Notes under the pieces: model-generated
Databases searched by the model: none
What the model was told of the DNA's origin: nothing
What the model saw: only the letters and a program-made list of their open reading frames with translations
Assembly: GCA_964199315.1 (NCBI GenBank)
Contig: OZ116698.1
Coordinates: 17,174,001 to 17,238,000, forward strand
Origin: Orbicella franksi
Taxonomy: Eukaryota
Reading direction: 5' to 3'
Length of the DNA: 64,000 nucleotides
Made by a program: the position numbers and the translations under genes
Shown: positions 62,865-64,000 of the stretch, in pieces
Layout: each line of letters opens with the position of its first letter
Position numbering within the stretch: the first letter of the stretch is position 1

Positions 62865-64000
62865 ATGGCTTCTTCTATAGATGTCAATAAGGGGGAGATT
62901 AAAAAGAGTGCAAAGTATAAGTGGCAACTTGGTCATTGTTTAGGGAAGGGAACATGCAGTGTGGTTGTTGAAGCTGTAGGCACATTCTACTCCAGAAGCA
63001 TATGCAGACATTCTCCTCCACGAGTTCTGAAAGGAGCTGTCAAGACTTTCAAACAAGGACATCAATTTGAGCAAGCTGCAACTAATGAAATAGAAATTCT
63101 AGAGTATTTGAATCGTCAACAGGAATCTCCCTATAAACACTATATAGGTGAGTTACAAGTATGGTATGAACTCAAGTTAATAATAAAACCCCAAGTTCTG
63201 AAAGGGAGGTATTTATTGGACAGGTGTGGACAAATTTCTCTGTTCACACAACCAATTTCCTCAGTCCCCAGAAATTCCTTACTGATTATGCTCTACTATG
63301 GAGAGATACATGTGGTACTCTTATGGGTTGTTGTTGGGCTTAGACTTCTTCTGGTAGAAATGAGAGAAAAAACTTATGTGATGCATGACACTTATGATGA
63401 AAATGACAAGAAGGCTGAAAATGCTCCATCAAGTGTCAAATAGTGTGGGTACAAGAGTCGTTTTGGGCTTTGCCCTAATTGAAGAGCCTTTTCAGTTGTC
63501 ATTTCTTTTTGTTTTTTCTATAATATGAATCCATCAAAGACACTACGTGGTGGGGCTGTACTGTTAAAGGAGAAACACCCACAAGTGTGCAAGTGCTAAG
63601 ATCGCAGTTGCTCTTTTTTCTTTCTGTGAAATAAAGAGAATTGAGTGTGACATCATTGCTGCTACATTTACAATTGGCATTTGGTCCATAAAAAAAATAC
63701 TTTTTATACTTTGAGTTAACAACTACAGAGTAAACAAAAATCTTAGTGTGGGCTTGCTACTCTACCAACTGTCACAAGATTCAACCAAAGTATTTTTTTC
63801 AACAATTATGTGTTAAAATTATCAATAATACTATGTCTTTCCTTCTGTAGTGCACTTGCAGGATTACTTCTTATGTAAAGACCAATTGCATTTGGTTTAT
63901 GAGAAGCTGGATTGCAATCTTCATCATATCTTATTAAAGAACTCAGGGAAAGGTCTTCCTTTGTCTATCATTAAGCGATGCTCTTGGGATATTGTGAGAG
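62865..64000 (+). CDS. Ser/Thr protein kinase, 5' part; best resemblance to KIS/UHMK1, DYRK/CMGC-like as the alternative
   Basis: Exons 62865-63147 and 63851 to the edge give WQLGHCLGKGTCSVV (Gly loop), GAVKTF (VAIK lysine), NEIEILEYL (alphaC) and VHLQDYF..LVYEKLDCNLHHILLKNSGKGLPLSIIKRCSWDIV. The WQ..LG.G, GA.K.F and C..D features recall human UHMK1, but the UHM domain is not in the window. Confidence 0.85.

Noticed and set aside
63148-63443. C-terminal half of kinase ORF 62865-63443
   Set aside because: It is read-through into intron 1 after the G|GTGAGT donor at 63147/63148; the kinase fold continues at 63851.

Overview
AT-rich, intron-rich animal genomic DNA. The repeat families and gene content suggest an anthozoan cnidarian, probably a stony coral; this is inference. 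Six genes were reconstructed by hand from splice sites and protein similarity: KIFAP3 (minus, 5' part, 6 exons, runs off the left edge), COG7 (minus, complete, 23 coding exons, 761 aa), EXOSC2/RRP4 (plus, 9 exons, 298 aa, head-to-head with COG7), PRDM12 (plus, 4 exons, 400 aa), YEATS2 (minus, single coding exon, 823 aa) and a KIS/UHMK1-like kinase (plus, runs off the right edge). The long Cys/Leu/Pro ORFs at 8.5-14.3 kb come from a 27-bp intronic minisatellite and are not genes. Main points of interest: (1) EXOSC2 and PRDM12 are neighbours here as in human 9q34, a candidate ancient regulatory linkage; (2) two minor-spliceosome (U12) introns, one of them AT-AC; (3) a palindromic element with two tRNA-Thr(GGT)-like heads and a 13-bp target duplication; (4) a MITE captured and then duplicated by the minisatellite; (5) a YY1-type CAAAATGGCGGC motif that opens a short uORF near four housekeeping 5' ends; (6) an intronless YEATS2. 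Many MITEs, RTE LINE tails and decayed ORF fragments are also present. No CRISPR, rRNA or prokaryotic features were found.
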